DNA of 41,555 nucleotides from a virus (IMGVR_UViG_2698536372_000033); one strand, 5' to 3'; positions 18,086 to 29,280 are shown, numbered from the stretch's first letter. Made by a program: numbers and translations. The notes: generated from the letters alone by a model not told the origin.

Positions 18086-19959
18086 CCAGTAAGAACTTTG
18101 CACTGATTACAGCCATGACACAGGCTGAACTGACTCAAAAGGTGAATGAACATCTTGCGAAAGGGTGGCATCTTCAGGGGGAGACGCGGGTTGCCTACGA
18201 ACCCGGCACCCCGTGGTATCTAATGCAGGCAATGGTGGCCGATGGCACTACAGACATCTCACCTGATTCCCCCCAGCACGGCAGCGTGCCGGAGTGGTAT
18301 TACGTGGTGGTACTTGCTGGTCAATCCAATGCCATGTCATATGGTGAGGGAATGCCGCTGCCGGATTCTTACGATGCGCCCCACCCACGCATTAAGCAAC
18401 TGGCCCGTCGCAACACAGTGACTCCCGGTGGTAAAGCATGCGCATTTAACGACATCATTCCGGCAGATCACTGCCTGCATGATGTTCAGGATATGAGCGT
18501 ACTGAATCACCCGAATGCAGACCTGAGCAAAGGGCAGTATGGCTGTGTCGGACAGGGCTTGCATATTGCCAAACGCCTGTTGCCTTACATTCCACAGAAT
18601 GCCGGGATTTTACTGGTTCCATGCTGTCGTGGTGGTTCGGCATTCACCCAGGGCGCGGAGGGGACATTCAGCGAGTCCACAGGAGCCAGTCAGGATTCGG
18701 CTCGCTGGGGTGTGGGTAAACCTTTATATCAGGACCTGATTTTGCGCACGAAGGCCGCATTGCAGAAAAACCCAAAAAACATGCTGCTGGCCGTATGCTG
18801 GATGCAGGGCGAATTTGACATGAGCGCCGCTACGTACTCACAGCAACCTCCGCTGTTTGCGGCCATGCTGAAACAGTTTCGTGCGGACATTACCGAGTTT
18901 AACACGCAGTGTCATGGAGGCAGAGCGGCAAGTGTGCCATGGATTTGTGGTGACACGACGTATTACTGGAAAAACACCTACGGCACGCAGTACGACACCA
19001 TTTACGGGGCGTACAAAAACAGGGAGAGCGACAACGTTTTCTTTGTGCCATTCCTGACCGATGGTAGTGGCAACAATACCTCCACCAACGCACCAACGGA
19101 AGATCCGGATGCTGCAAGTGAGGGATATTACGGTTCGGCATCCCGAACGAACAAAAACTGGGTATCATCAAATCGCCAGACGCATTTCAGTTCATGGGCG
19201 CGCAGGAGCATTATTCCGGATCGTATGGCAACCGCTATTCTGAACGTAGCCGGTCGCACCTTAGCCTTCATCAGTGGTAAGGCACCGGAAATCAAACCCT
19301 CGCCCGGCGGCAACACGCCATCGGGTCCGTCTGCAGATACGTCCGTTCGCACAATCTCCCTGCTGCCGGCAGCCGGAGAGGCTGCTGCGCAGGGCTGGAG
19401 CATTAAGGATGGCGGAATTCAGTTGTCAGATGGTGTATTTAAGATCACCAAGCAGAGCAATAAAACCTGGTCCCTGACGCATCCGGTGGATGACGCAATT
19501 ACCCTGCTGACACAGGGCGGCAGACTGACCTGTAAGTTCCGCCTGTCAGGCGCACTGACCAACAATCAGTTCGGTCTGGGAATTTATCTGTATACCGATG
19601 TAGCGTTACCTGACGTCGTGGCGATGACCGGGACTGGTAACCCGTTCCTGATGTCGTTCTTCACCCAGACCACAGACGGCAAACTGAATCTGATGCATCA
19701 CAAGAAAGCAGGAAACACAAAGTTGGGCGAGTTCGGGAATTACAGTAACGACTGGCAGACGCTGGAGCTGGTGTTCACCGCCAGCAGTGCCACGGTTACT
19801 CCGAAACTGAATGGAGTGGCTGGCCCGGCATTCCAGGTCATAAAAGACAGTCTGACACTGGGGCTGAATGCACTGACGCTGACGGATATTACCAAAAATG
19901 CAACGTATGGCGTTGAGATAGAAAGTCTGGTGCTGGAAATAAATAGTCCTGCAGCGTAA
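18082..19959 (+). CDS. Prophage NanS-p-like carbohydrate esterase (SGNH/sialate O-acetylesterase family) with C-terminal beta-rich putative carbohydrate-binding domain
   Basis: 625 aa; small N-terminal domain ALITAMTQAELTQKVNEHLAKGWHLQGE, then VVVLAGQSNAMSYGEG (GQSN motif of SASA-type esterases); sits after the lysis cassette as NanS-p genes do in lambdoid prophages. Confidence 0.7.
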   Translation: MTSKNFALITAMTQAELTQKVNEHLAKGWHLQGETRVAYEPGTPWYLMQAMVADGTTDISPDSPQHGSVPEWYYVVVLAGQSNAMSYGEGMPLPDSYDAPHPRIKQLARRNTVTPGGKACAFNDIIPADHCLHDVQDMSVLNHPNADLSKGQYGCVGQGLHIAKRLLPYIPQNAGILLVPCCRGGSAFTQGAEGTFSESTGASQDSARWGVGKPLYQDLILRTKAALQKNPKNMLLAVCWMQGEFDMSAATYSQQPPLFAAMLKQFRADITEFNTQCHGGRAASVPWICGDTTYYWKNTYGTQYDTIYGAYKNRESDNVFFVPFLTDGSGNNTSTNAPTEDPDAASEGYYGSASRTNKNWVSSNRQTHFSSWARRSIIPDRMATAILNVAGRTLAFISGKAPEIKPSPGGNTPSGPSADTSVRTISLLPAAGEAAAQGWSIKDGGIQLSDGVFKITKQSNKTWSLTHPVDDAITLLTQGGRLTCKFRLSGALTNNQFGLGIYLYTDVALPDVVAMTGTGNPFLMSFFTQTTDGKLNLMHHKKAGNTKLGEFGNYSNDWQTLELVFTASSATVTPKLNGVAGPAFQVIKDSLTLGLNALTLTDITKNATYGVEIESLVLEINSPAA

Positions 19960-19982
19960 GGATGAACAGGAGAGCAAAACAG

Positions 19983-20450
19983 ATGCTTAAGACAAACAGC
20001 CTCCGGAAGGGCATGATTCATGGGTGTCGCTGGTGTCAGGCCAACCCGGAAAAATTCACCATTTTCGTGGAGAGCGGCAACATTGAAACGACCGGAGAAA
20101 CGCCCTCGTTTGTTTACCGCTATCAGATGGTGATGTTTGTCATGGATTACGCCGGGGAGCTGGACGACCTCACGCTGCCGCTACTGGCGTGGTTATCCGA
20201 AAATCAGCCGCAATTGTTGCTTAATCCGGAGCGTAATCAGGACATCAAATTCTCCGCCGTTATCAATGACGATGACAGCGCCGATCTCCTGTTTACGCTC
20301 CCTCTGCGGGAACGCGTTCGCATCACGCGCAGCAGTCAGGGGGCACCGCAGGCAGAACACCTGCAGGAGCCAAAACCCCGTCTGCCATCTTCCGAAGGCG
20401 ACTGGTCGCATGTATTCCAGGATGTGACGTGGGGTGAAAGCGATGGATAA
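19983..20450 (+). CDS. R: Tail completion protein (P2 gpR-like)
   Basis: From ATG 19983 (AGGAGA RBS) gives 155 aa, the same length as P2 R; synteny. Confidence 0.75.
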   Translation: MLKTNSLRKGMIHGCRWCQANPEKFTIFVESGNIETTGETPSFVYRYQMVMFVMDYAGELDDLTLPLLAWLSENQPQLLLNPERNQDIKFSAVINDDDSADLLFTLPLRERVRITRSSQGAPQAEHLQEPKPRLPSSEGDWSHVFQDVTWGESDG

Positions 20451-21078
20451 GGCATTCACCCGCGTGGATGAAACCTTTGAGGCTATCCGCGACAGCCTGA
20501 ATCAGCAGGCCATCAATAACATCGCCAGAAAGCTGGCACAGGATTTACGCCGCGCCCAGCAGGCGCGTATCCGGTCACAGAAAGCGCCGGACGGGACCGC
20601 GTGGACACCACGCAGACGCCGCGTAACCCGGATACAGGAGCGCATTCGCTTTATCTGGAATAACGAAGCACGCACGCTGAAAAACTGGCATCACGACACG
20701 GGGAAATACGGGCGAACCATTACCGGGTGGGATGAGGATAAAAACAATATCCGCACGTTTTACCGGGATGACATCGACCGCTTTCTGGAAATACGCACCC
20801 GGCGCATCAACCAGGACAGCACAAAGCGCGTCCCCATGTTCGTAAAACTGCGCACCGCCCGCTACCTGAAAGCCCGTGCAGATGCTTCCGGTGTGACGGT
20901 GGGTTACAGCGGCGTGGCCGCACGTATTGCCCGCGTTCATCAGTTCGGTGAGCGCGATCAGGTTGCGCCGGGCATTTTCACCGATTACCCGGTACGTGAG
21001 CTGTTGGGCATCAGTCAGGCAGATGAACGCCTGATTTATAACACGGTGCTGGGCCGGATTGCGGAGGCTGTACGGTGA
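20434..21078 (+). CDS. S: Tail completion protein (P2 gpS-like)
   Basis: Overlaps R; synteny; 214 aa. Confidence 0.7.
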   Translation: MKAMDKAFTRVDETFEAIRDSLNQQAINNIARKLAQDLRRAQQARIRSQKAPDGTAWTPRRRRVTRIQERIRFIWNNEARTLKNWHHDTGKYGRTITGWDEDKNNIRTFYRDDIDRFLEIRTRRINQDSTKRVPMFVKLRTARYLKARADASGVTVGYSGVAARIARVHQFGERDQVAPGIFTDYPVRELLGISQADERLIYNTVLGRIAEAVR

Positions 21079-21656
21079 GCGCAGAACTCATGCGACTGCT
21101 GAGCAACATCATCCGCACTGGGATCATCTCTGAAGTTGATGAGAAGTCCTGGTGCGTGCGCGTTCGCAGCGGCGAACTGGAAACAGGCTGGTTGCGCTGG
21201 AACACCACGCGCGCGGGAGCCTTCAATGTGTGGCTGCCGCCATCACCCGGCGAACAGGTGGTAATTGCCTGCATTGGCGGCAACCCGGAAACCGCCATGA
21301 TAATTGGCAGCCTGTGGAGTGATGCCAATCCGGCCCCCGGCAAAAGCCTGAAAGAAATCGTGGTCAGCGCGCCGGATGGCGCGGTGTTCCGCTACGACGC
21401 GGACGCAGGCGCACTGAGCGCCAGCGGCATGAAAACGGCCACCCTGCAGGCATCCGTCAGTGTGACACTGGACACGCCCGTCGTGGAATGCACAGACCTT
21501 CTGAGAACGGCGACGCTTGACGTCACAAAAGGGGGAAAGATGAGCGGCAATATCACGCACAGCGGCGGCAATTTCACCTCAAACGGCATCACAGTGCATA
21601 CGCATAAACACGGTGGCGTTAAAGGTGGCAGCGATTCGACAGGAGGCCCGCAGTGA
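21075..21656 (+). CDS. V: Baseplate spike/hub protein (P2 gpV-like)
   Basis: 193 aa (P2 V 211 aa); ATGA overlap with S; first gene of baseplate cluster. Confidence 0.8.
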   Translation: MSAELMRLLSNIIRTGIISEVDEKSWCVRVRSGELETGWLRWNTTRAGAFNVWLPPSPGEQVVIACIGGNPETAMIIGSLWSDANPAPGKSLKEIVVSAPDGAVFRYDADAGALSASGMKTATLQASVSVTLDTPVVECTDLLRTATLDVTKGGKMSGNITHSGGNFTSNGITVHTHKHGGVKGGSDSTGGPQ

Positions 21657-22003
21657 CAACCCGCTACACAGGAATGAACCCGGACGGAACGGGAAACCTG
21701 AACGATATGGAGCATCTGAAACAGTCAGTCAGGGACATCCTGACCACCCCGCTGGCAAGCCGGGTTATGCGACGGGAATATGGCAGCCTTGTGCCCGATT
21801 TAATTGACGAACCCATGAATAACACCACTCGTCTGCAATGCATGAGTGCTGCCGTGATTGCGCTGACACGATGGGAACCCCGCATTGCCCTGGACGCCAT
21901 CGACGTTGTCTGGAAGGCAGGAGGCCGCGCCGGGGTGACGCTGTCGGGCACTGTCATGCAGACCATGCAGAATGTTGAATTAACCATCACGCTGAGGGAG
22001 TAA
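21653..22003 (+). CDS. W: Baseplate wedge protein (P2 gpW-like, GPW/gp25 family)
   Basis: 116 aa (P2 W 115 aa); synteny. Confidence 0.85.
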   Translation: MTTRYTGMNPDGTGNLNDMEHLKQSVRDILTTPLASRVMRREYGSLVPDLIDEPMNNTTRLQCMSAAVIALTRWEPRIALDAIDVVWKAGGRAGVTLSGTVMQTMQNVELTITLRE

Positions 22004-22006
22004 ATC

Positions 22007-22903
22007 ATGCCTGCCGTTGACCTTTCCCAGTTACCGGAACCCGCCATCATCGCGGAGCCTGACTTTGAGGCAATTCTGGCTGACACAAAGGCCATGATGA
22101 TTGCGTCCTATCCTGCCGAACAGCGTGAAGCCGTCTCCGCCGCGCTGGAGCTGGAATCGGAACCCCTGAACGTTATCGCCCAGACAACAGCGTTTCGTGA
22201 AATGCTGTTACGCCAGCGGGTCAATGAGGGGGCACGCGCCTGCATGTTAAGCCACAGCGCCGGGACAGACCTGGACAACCTCGCGGGCAATATGAACACA
22301 AAGCGCCTGACCATCACTCCGGCAACGGATACCACCGACGCAGTGATGGAAAGTGACACCTCGCTGAGACTGCGGGCGCAGCGGGCGTACGATGGCCTGA
22401 GTGTTGCTGGCCCGTCAGGTGCATACGAGTATTTTGCCCGCAGCGCCAGCGGTCTGGTGCGTGATGCGCGGGCTATCAGTCCGTCTCCGGCAAATGTGAC
22501 GGTTTCCATCCTGTCCACTGAAGGCGACGGCACAGCAACGGAGGCGTTGCTTAATACCGTTCGCGCCGTTCTGAATGCAGAGGATACCCGCCCGGTGGCC
22601 GACCGCCTGACGGTACAGAGCGCCAGAATCGTGACATGGCGGCTGAATGCAAAACTGTACTTTTACCCCGGCCCGGAATCCGAACCTATTCTGGCGGCGG
22701 CTGAATCGTCGTTCAGGAAGTGGCTGGCTGAGCAGGGGCTTATCGGTCAGGACGTGGCGTTGTCCGCCATTGCTGCCGCACTGCATGTGCACGGTGTGCA
22801 ACGCGTGGAGATAATCGAACCCACACAGAATATGGCCATCAGCGACATACAGGCGGCGCGCTGTGAGTCGTTCACCATCAGCGAAGGTGGGCGCAATGAG
22901 TAA
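22007..22903 (+). CDS. J: Baseplate wedge protein (P2 gpJ-like)
   Basis: 298 aa (P2 J 302 aa); synteny. Confidence 0.85.
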   Translation: MPAVDLSQLPEPAIIAEPDFEAILADTKAMMIASYPAEQREAVSAALELESEPLNVIAQTTAFREMLLRQRVNEGARACMLSHSAGTDLDNLAGNMNTKRLTITPATDTTDAVMESDTSLRLRAQRAYDGLSVAGPSGAYEYFARSASGLVRDARAISPSPANVTVSILSTEGDGTATEALLNTVRAVLNAEDTRPVADRLTVQSARIVTWRLNAKLYFYPGPESEPILAAAESSFRKWLAEQGLIGQDVALSAIAAALHVHGVQRVEIIEPTQNMAISDIQAARCESFTISEGGRNE

Positions 22904-23426
22904 TTCACTGTTACCACCATCAGCCAGCAGTTTCATGCGTTGTGCCGAAGCTGTCGGAACGCGCATTACAGACATCCCGGTAGACCTCAACACGCTGTGG
23001 TCGCCGGACACCTGCCCGGTGCACCTGCTGCCTTATCTCGCCTGGGCATTTTCCGTTGACCGCTGGGATCGCAACTGGCCGGAAGAGACAAAACGACAGG
23101 TGATTCGTGATGCATGGCTGATACACCGACACAAAGGGACCATCAGCGCACTGCGCAGGGCCATTGAGCCGCTGGGATACCTCATTCGCGTGTCTGAGTG
23201 GTGGGAGTTCGGCGGAGAACCGGGAACATTTACCGTTGAAGTCGGCACACTGGACAGTGGCGTGACGGAGGAAATGTATCTGGAAATGGAGCGGTTGATT
23301 GCTGATGCCCGTCCGGTCAGCCGCCACATGACAGGGCTGAATATCATTCAGGAAATTCCGGGGGATATTTTTGCAGCGGCGGCAACTCATGACGGTGAAG
23401 TTATTACCATTTATCCGGACGATTAA
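22896..23426 (+). CDS. I: Baseplate protein (P2 gpI-like)
   Basis: ATG 22896 overlapping J stop gives 176 aa, the same length as P2 I. Confidence 0.8.
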   Translation: MSNSLLPPSASSFMRCAEAVGTRITDIPVDLNTLWSPDTCPVHLLPYLAWAFSVDRWDRNWPEETKRQVIRDAWLIHRHKGTISALRRAIEPLGYLIRVSEWWEFGGEPGTFTVEVGTLDSGVTEEMYLEMERLIADARPVSRHMTGLNIIQEIPGDIFAAAATHDGEVITIYPDD

Positions 23427-23428
23427 GC

Positions 23429-25561
23429 ATGAGTACCACAACACGAAAATTTAAAACCGTTATCACCGATACAGGTGCCAAAAAATTAGCTCAGGCAGCC
23501 GCGCCAGATGGTAAGCCTGTCCGCCTGACTCATATGGCCGTGGGCGACGGTGGCGGCGCGTTGCCCACACCAGACAGTAAGCAGACCCGTCTGGTGCATG
23601 AGGTGTGGCGACACACTGTTAATCGCGTCATCCTGGACGCAACACATCAGAACCGCATTATTGCGGAGCTGGTTATTCCTCCAGAAACGGGCGGATTCTG
23701 GATCCGGGAAATTGGTGTGTTTGATGAGCACGGCGATTTAATCGCGGTGGGCAATACTGCCGAAAGTTACAAGCCAGCCGTTGCCGAAGGGTCCGGACGT
23801 GCACAAACATTTCGCACCATTCTGACCGTATCCAGCACTGCCACTGTGGCGCTTACCGTGGATAACACCATGGTGATGGCCACAGTGGATTACGTGGATA
23901 ACGAACTGAAAGAGCATGAACAGTCACGATGTCACCCGGATGCCTCGCTGACCGCAAAAGGCTTTGTTCAACTCAGTAGCGCCACTAACAGCGATTCTGA
24001 AACGCTGGCTGCAACGCCGAAAGCGGTTAAGGTCGCGTATGATCTTGCTAACGGAAAATATACAGCGCAGGATGCCACAACAGCGCGAAAAGGCCTTGTC
24101 CAGCTTAGTAGTGCAACCAACAGTACATCTGAAACGCTGGCGGCAACATCAAATGCAGTAAAAGCTGCCTATGACAATGCTGAAAAACGTCTGCAGAAAG
24201 CTAAGAATGGTGAGGATATCTCTGATAAAGACACCTTTACAAAAAATATCGGTGCCTGCCGTGCATATAGTGCAGAGCTGAATATTGGTGGAGATAGTGA
24301 AGCATGGACAACTGCGCAGTTGATTTTTTGGCTAGAGAGTCAGGGGGCATTTAACCATCCTTACTGGATGTGCAAAGGCTCATGGGCTTATGCAAATAAT
24401 AAGGTCATTACAGATACAGGTTGCGGAAGTATTTGTCTTGCAGGTGCTGTTGTGGAAGTTATTGGCACCCGCGGCGCAATGACCATACGCATTACCACAC
24501 CGAGTACATCCAGCGGTGAAGGCATCCCTAATGCTCAATTTACTTATATTAATCATGGTGATGCTTATGCTCCTGGCTGGCGAAGGGACTATAACTCCAG
24601 GAATAAGCCAACAGCATCAGAGATCGGGGCGTTACCGTCAGATGGGACAGCAGTATCGTCAGTTAATCTGGCTTCAAAAGGTCGGCTGACCGCCCTGACA
24701 GATAATATGCAGGGGGCCACAGGTCTGGAGTTATACGAGGCGTATAACAACGGATATCCAACAACGTATGGAAATATCATTCACCTGAAAGGGATGACAG
24801 CCGTTGGCGAAGGCGAATTACTCATCGGCTGGAGTGGTATAAGCGGTGCTCATGCTCCGGCATTTATTCGTTCACGACGGGATACGCCCGACGCAAACTG
24901 GTCGCCGTGGGCGCAGCTTTACACCTCGGCTCATCCTCCTGAAGAGTTTTATCCAGTCGGTGCACCGATTCCGTGGCCATCAGATACCGTTCCGTCTGGT
25001 TATGCCCTGATGCAGGGGCAGACTTTTGACAAATCTGCATACCCGAAACTTGCAGTCGCTTATCCGTCAGGCGTTATTCCTGATATGCGTGGCTGGACGA
25101 TTAAGGGCAAGCCCGGCAGTGGTCGTGCCGTATTGTCTCAGGAACAGGACGGCATTAAATCGCACACCCACAGCGCCAGCGCATCCAGTACGGATTTGGG
25201 GACGAAAACCACATCGTCGTTTGATTACGGTACTAAAACGACCAGTTCATTTGATTACGGCACAAAAACTACGAATAGCGCTGGAAATCATTCACACAAT
25301 ATACCTGTTGGTCACACTGGCGCGGGGAATGGTGTATCAGCCGGTTATAACGCTGCGTTAGGTACTGGTACCACGTCGAGCGCAGGCGAGCATGCTCACA
25401 ATGTATATATCGGTGCCCATAACCACACTATCGGCATTGGTGCTCATGCCCATTCTGTCATTATTGGTCCCCACGGACACACCATCACCGTTAACGCTAC
25501 GGGTAACGAAGAAAACACCGTAAAAAACATCGCATTTAACTATATTGTGAGGCTTGCATAA
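23429..25561 (+). CDS. H: Tail fibre protein (P2 gpH-like) with His-rich C-terminal tip domain
   Basis: 710 aa; N-terminus [20 protein letters not shown]...MAVGDGGG...HEVWRH...[13 protein letters not shown]...AESYKPA.AEGSGR matches P2 H anchor domain; duplicated [21 protein letters not shown] blocks; C-terminal HxH-rich tip. Confidence 0.9.
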   Translation: MSTTTRKFKTVITDTGAKKLAQAAAPDGKPVRLTHMAVGDGGGALPTPDSKQTRLVHEVWRHTVNRVILDATHQNRIIAELVIPPETGGFWIREIGVFDEHGDLIAVGNTAESYKPAVAEGSGRAQTFRTILTVSSTATVALTVDNTMVMATVDYVDNELKEHEQSRCHPDASLTAKGFVQLSSATNSDSETLAATPKAVKVAYDLANGKYTAQDATTARKGLVQLSSATNSTSETLAATSNAVKAAYDNAEKRLQKAKNGEDISDKDTFTKNIGACRAYSAELNIGGDSEAWTTAQLIFWLESQGAFNHPYWMCKGSWAYANNKVITDTGCGSICLAGAVVEVIGTRGAMTIRITTPSTSSGEGIPNAQFTYINHGDAYAPGWRRDYNSRNKPTASEIGALPSDGTAVSSVNLASKGRLTALTDNMQGATGLELYEAYNNGYPTTYGNIIHLKGMTAVGEGELLIGWSGISGAHAPAFIRSRRDTPDANWSPWAQLYTSAHPPEEFYPVGAPIPWPSDTVPSGYALMQGQTFDKSAYPKLAVAYPSGVIPDMRGWTIKGKPGSGRAVLSQEQDGIKSHTHSASASSTDLGTKTTSSFDYGTKTTSSFDYGTKTTNSAGNHSHNIPVGHTGAGNGVSAGYNAALGTGTTSSAGEHAHNVYIGAHNHTIGIGAHAHSVIIGPHGHTITVNATGNEENTVKNIAFNYIVRLA

Positions 25562-25902
25562 TGACATTCAGAATGAGTGAACACTCACGGACCATAAAAA
25601 TTTATAATCTACTGACCGGAACCAATGAGTTTATTGGTGAAGGTGATGCATACATTCCACCTCATACAGGTCTGCCTGCAAACAGTACCGATATTGCCCC
25701 GCCAGATATTCCGGCTGGCTTCGTGGCCGTTTTCAACAGTGATGAGGCATCGTGGCATCTCGTTGAAGACCATCGGGGTAAAACGGTTTATGACGTGGCA
25801 TCAGGGGACTCGTTATTTATTTCTGAACTACGGTGCACCGATTCCGTGGCCATCAGATACCGTTCCGTCTGGTTATGCCCTGATGCAGGGGCAGACTTTT
25901 GA
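25561..25902 (+). pseudogene. Truncated tail fibre assembly chaperone (tfa, copy 1) interrupted by a duplication junction
   Basis: First about 90 codons identical to tfa copies 2-4, then reading frame runs into a second copy of the H 3' region at about 25831. Confidence 0.55.
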
Positions 25903-26434
25903 CAAATCTGCATACCCGAAACTTGCAGTCGCTTATCCGTCAGGCGTTATTCCTGATATGCGTGGCTGGACGATTAAGGGCAAGCCCGGCAGTGGTCGTG
26001 CCGTATTGTCTCAGGAACAGGACGGCATTAAATCGCACACCCACAGCGCCAGCGCATCCAGTACGGATTTGGGGACGAAAACCACATCGTCGTTTGATTA
26101 CGGTACTAAAACGACCAGTTCATTTGATTACGGCACAAAAACTACGAATAGCGCTGGAAATCATTCACACAATATACCTGTTGGTCACACTGGCGCGGGG
26201 AATGGTGTATCAGCCGGTTTTAACGCTGCGTTAGGTACTGGTACCACGTCGAGCGCAGGCGGGCATGCTCACAATGTATATATCGGTGCCCATAACCACA
26301 CTATCGGCATTGGTGCTCATGCCCATTCTGTCATTATTGGTCCCCACGGACACACCATCACCGTTAACGCTACGGGTAACGAAGAAAACACCGTAAAAAA
26401 CATCGCATTTAACTATATTGTGAGGCTTGCATAA
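25833..26434 (+). repeat. Duplicate of H C-terminal tip module (about 600 bp, about 99% identical to 24960-25561) with no start codon of its own
   Basis: Nucleotide repeat read directly; encodes [15 protein letters not shown]...NYIVRLA with only two substitutions (Y to F, E to G). Confidence 0.7.
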
Positions 26435-27006
26435 TGACATTCAGAATGAGTGAACAATCACGGACCATAAAAATTTATAATCTACTGGCTGGAACCAATG
26501 AGTTTATTGGTGAAGGTGATGCATACATTCCACCTCATACAGGTCTGCCTGCAAACAGTACCGATATTGCCCCGCCAGATATTCCGGCTGGCTTCGTGGC
26601 CGTTTTCAACAGTGATGAGGCATCGTGGCATCTCGTTGAAGACCATCGGGGAAAAACCGTCTATGACGTGGCTTCCGGCGACGCGTTATTTATTTCTGAA
26701 CTTGGCCCATTACCGGAAAATGTCACCTGGTTATCCCCGGAAGGGGAGTTTCAGAAGTGGAACGGCACAGCCTGGGTGAAAGATGCAGAAGCAGAAAAAC
26801 TGTTCCGGATCCGGAAGGCGGAAGAAACAAAAAACAGCCTGATGCAGATGGCCAGTGAGCATATTGCGCCACTTCAGGATGCCGTAGATTTGGATATTGC
26901 GACGGAGGAAGAGGCATCGTTACTGACTGCATGGAAGACATATCGGGTATTGTTGAATCGTGTTGATACAACAGTAGCATCGGATGTTGAGTGGCCAGAG
27001 TACTAA
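26434..27006 (+). CDS. Tail fibre assembly chaperone (tfa, copy 2, full length)
   Basis: 190 aa; start overlaps tip stop (ATAATG) as for H-G in P2. Confidence 0.75.
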   Translation: MTFRMSEQSRTIKIYNLLAGTNEFIGEGDAYIPPHTGLPANSTDIAPPDIPAGFVAVFNSDEASWHLVEDHRGKTVYDVASGDALFISELGPLPENVTWLSPEGEFQKWNGTAWVKDAEAEKLFRIRKAEETKNSLMQMASEHIAPLQDAVDLDIATEEEASLLTAWKTYRVLLNRVDTTVASDVEWPEY

Positions 27007-27331
27007 AACGACCAGTTCATTTGATTACGGCACAAAAACTACGAATAGCGCTGGAAATCATTCACACAATATACCTGTTGGTCACACTGGCGCGGGGAAT
27101 GGTGTATCAGCCGGTTATAACGCTGCGTTAGGTACTGGTACCACGTCGAGCGCAGGCGAGCATGCTCACAATGTATATATCGGTGCCCATAACCACACTA
27201 TCGGCATTGGTGCTCATGCCCATTCTGTCATTATTGGTCCCCACGGACACACCATCACCGTTAACGCTACGGGTAACGAAGAAAACACCGTAAAAAACAT
27301 CGCATTTAACTATATTGTGAGGCTTGCATAA
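26996..27331 (+). repeat. Third, shorter copy of the H tip module (from AGTACTAAAACGACC onward)
   Basis: Identical to 25237-25561; begins at the same nucleotide as the tip segment fused into gene 30641-32149. Confidence 0.7.
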
Positions 27332-27909
27332 TGACATTCAGAATGAGTGAACACTCACGGACCATAAAAATTTATAATCTACTGACCGGAACCAATGAGT
27401 TTATTGGTGAAGGTGATGCATACATTCCACCTCATACAGGTCTGCCTGCAAACAGTACCGATATTGCCCCGCCAGATATTCCGGCTGGCTTCGTGGCCGT
27501 TTTCAACAGTGATGAGGCATCGTGGAATCTCGTTGAAGACCATCGGGGAAAAACCGTCTATGACGTGGCTTCCGGCGACGCGTTATTTATTTCTGAACTT
27601 GGCCCATTACCGGAAAATGTCACCTGGTTATCCCCGGAAGGGGAGTTTCAGAAGTGGAACGGCACAGCCTGGGTGAAAGATGCAGAAGCAGAAAAACTGT
27701 TCCGGATCCGGAAGGCGGAAGAAACAAAAAACAGCCTGATGCAGATGGCCAGTGAGCATATTGCGCCACTTCAGGATGCCGTAGATTTGGATATTGCGAC
27801 GGAGGAAGAGGCATCGTTACTGACTGCATGGAAGACATATCGGGTATTGTTGAATCGTGTTGATACAACAGTAGCATCGGATGTTGAGTGGCCAGTCGCC
27901 CCGCAATAA
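27331..27909 (+). CDS. Tail fibre assembly chaperone (tfa, copy 3, full length)
   Basis: 192 aa; near-identical to copy 2. Confidence 0.75.
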   Translation: MTFRMSEHSRTIKIYNLLTGTNEFIGEGDAYIPPHTGLPANSTDIAPPDIPAGFVAVFNSDEASWNLVEDHRGKTVYDVASGDALFISELGPLPENVTWLSPEGEFQKWNGTAWVKDAEAEKLFRIRKAEETKNSLMQMASEHIAPLQDAVDLDIATEEEASLLTAWKTYRVLLNRVDTTVASDVEWPVAPQ

Positions 27910-27916
27910 AAGGATA

Positions 27917-27944
27917 AAGCCATCGATAGAAATATTGATGGCTT
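27917..27944. terminator. Bidirectional hairpin between convergent tfa and acetyltransferase
   Basis: AAGCCATC-N12-GATGGCTT inverted repeat. Confidence 0.45.
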
Positions 27945-27952
27945 CATGTACT

Positions 27953-28525
27953 CTATTTATACAATACAACACCGCTCTTTTTTGTTATATATGTGCAGTT
28001 CGATGGTATATCTTTATTTATAAAAGACATTGCACCTATTTTTACATTATCCCCAATTTTACGTGATAATCCAATGATGCAACAATTAGCTCCGATATCA
28101 ACGTTACTACCAATTTTTACTCTTGAACCAGGCATGTCACCATCTACCTGTCCAATGGTAGTATTCTGTCGCAAAACCAGATTTTCACCAGCATCAACAG
28201 CAAAATGAACAACAATTCCAGTATGATGGGGAATTGTTAAACCTTTTCCAATATTTGCGCCCAATCCAATTTCGCAACCAAATCTGTTAATTATATTATT
28301 GTTTAACTTTCTGGCTGCTTTCTTATGTAATTTATTGCCATTAATATACATTTCATTAGCCAGTCTCCACCAGAAAAGGAAATTCCGATTGCGCTGCTTC
28401 TTCTCTCTTAATAGTCGCCAAACATCCATTTTTTCACGCCTGATGATTTCAGCCATCCAATAGCTCAATAGAGCTTTTGAATTCCCGAAGATGACAAAGT
28501 GAATAGCTATTAAGTAACATAACAT
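27953..28525 (-). CDS. Hexapeptide-repeat acyltransferase, serine O-acetyltransferase (CysE)-like, copy 1
   Basis: 190 aa; GANIGKGLTIPHHTGIVVHFAVDAGENLVL...IGSNVDIGANCCIIG...IGDNVKIGAMSFI matches left-handed beta-helix hexapeptide repeats and the CysE-type GxxIxH region; AT-rich. Confidence 0.75.
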   Translation of the reverse strand: MLCYLIAIHFVIFGNSKALLSYWMAEIIRREKMDVWRLLREKKQRNRNFLFWWRLANEMYINGNKLHKKAARKLNNNIINRFGCEIGLGANIGKGLTIPHHTGIVVHFAVDAGENLVLRQNTTIGQVDGDMPGSRVKIGSNVDIGANCCIIGLSRKIGDNVKIGAMSFINKDIPSNCTYITKKSGVVLYK

Positions 28526-28992
28526 ATTGCAACTGCCTATATTTTTGGGTTTCTATGGTTATATATTGACATTATAATTAAAACAATAATCATCAGTGTG
28601 TTACTGCGTTCCTGCTAAACTAAATCAACGCACAATGTAAACACAAATGTTAATTTTAAACTGAGCGCTAAAGGGATGTCAATATTGTATTGATAATGAG
28701 TTGCAAGATTGCCAACACTTTCTATATTTTTGGATGTAATAATTTATATTTTATCTATTTAGTGTTTCTTTAGACTTATTAAGGATGTCATTATTAATTT
28801 ATGGCTTGCCATTTCTATACATATCTGTTAAAAATTTTGACTTGTTTGTTGAAAATAGATTTAATTGATTGGTTTATTTTTTACATGACGCTCTTTAATA
28901 TAGCTTCAGGTATATATAAGCACAATGCATTATTTCCAGAGGAAATTAACAAAATTGTTAGCTCTTATTTGTTGAGCTTATAGATATTAATT

Positions 28993-29012
28993 AAGGCCCG
29001 ATTCCGGGCCTT
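28993..29012. terminator. Hairpin AAGGCCCG-ATTC-CGGGCCTT with flanking T/A runs (bidirectional terminator-like)
   Basis: Read directly; at the end of the 490-bp AT-rich spacer. Confidence 0.45.
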
Positions 29013-29280
29013 TCCTCATTCCGGCTTTTCGGGAAACGTTACTGGAAGGATGGAGGTATCCGTGGATTCGACTTTCTGCGCATAGAGAATCCACTCGGTT
29101 AATTTTTGTTTACCCTGAACGGAAATAATGCCTAGCCGTAACTGTGAGTCCCAGAGCTGAGTTTTATCCCTGACGAGCTGTAGCAGGCTTTGCTTTTCTT
29201 TTTCCGCTTGTTGTCTTTGCATGACCGGTTGAGAAGTTACTTTGCATACCATTACCTCCTGACAACGTAGGAGGGAACTT

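Noticed and set aside
25625-27676. Repeated 93-aa [14 protein letters not shown]... (25625, 26498-26779, 27395-27676, also 32213-32494) and repeated minus-strand 69-aa and 85-aa ORFs in the tip/tfa copies
   Set aside because: Alternative-frame ORFs that recur only because the underlying tfa/tip DNA is duplicated; no own RBS.
28801-28983. 60-aa AT-rich ORF in the spacer upstream of the terminator hairpin
   Set aside because: Low-complexity translation of AT-rich DNA with no RBS; more likely non-coding.
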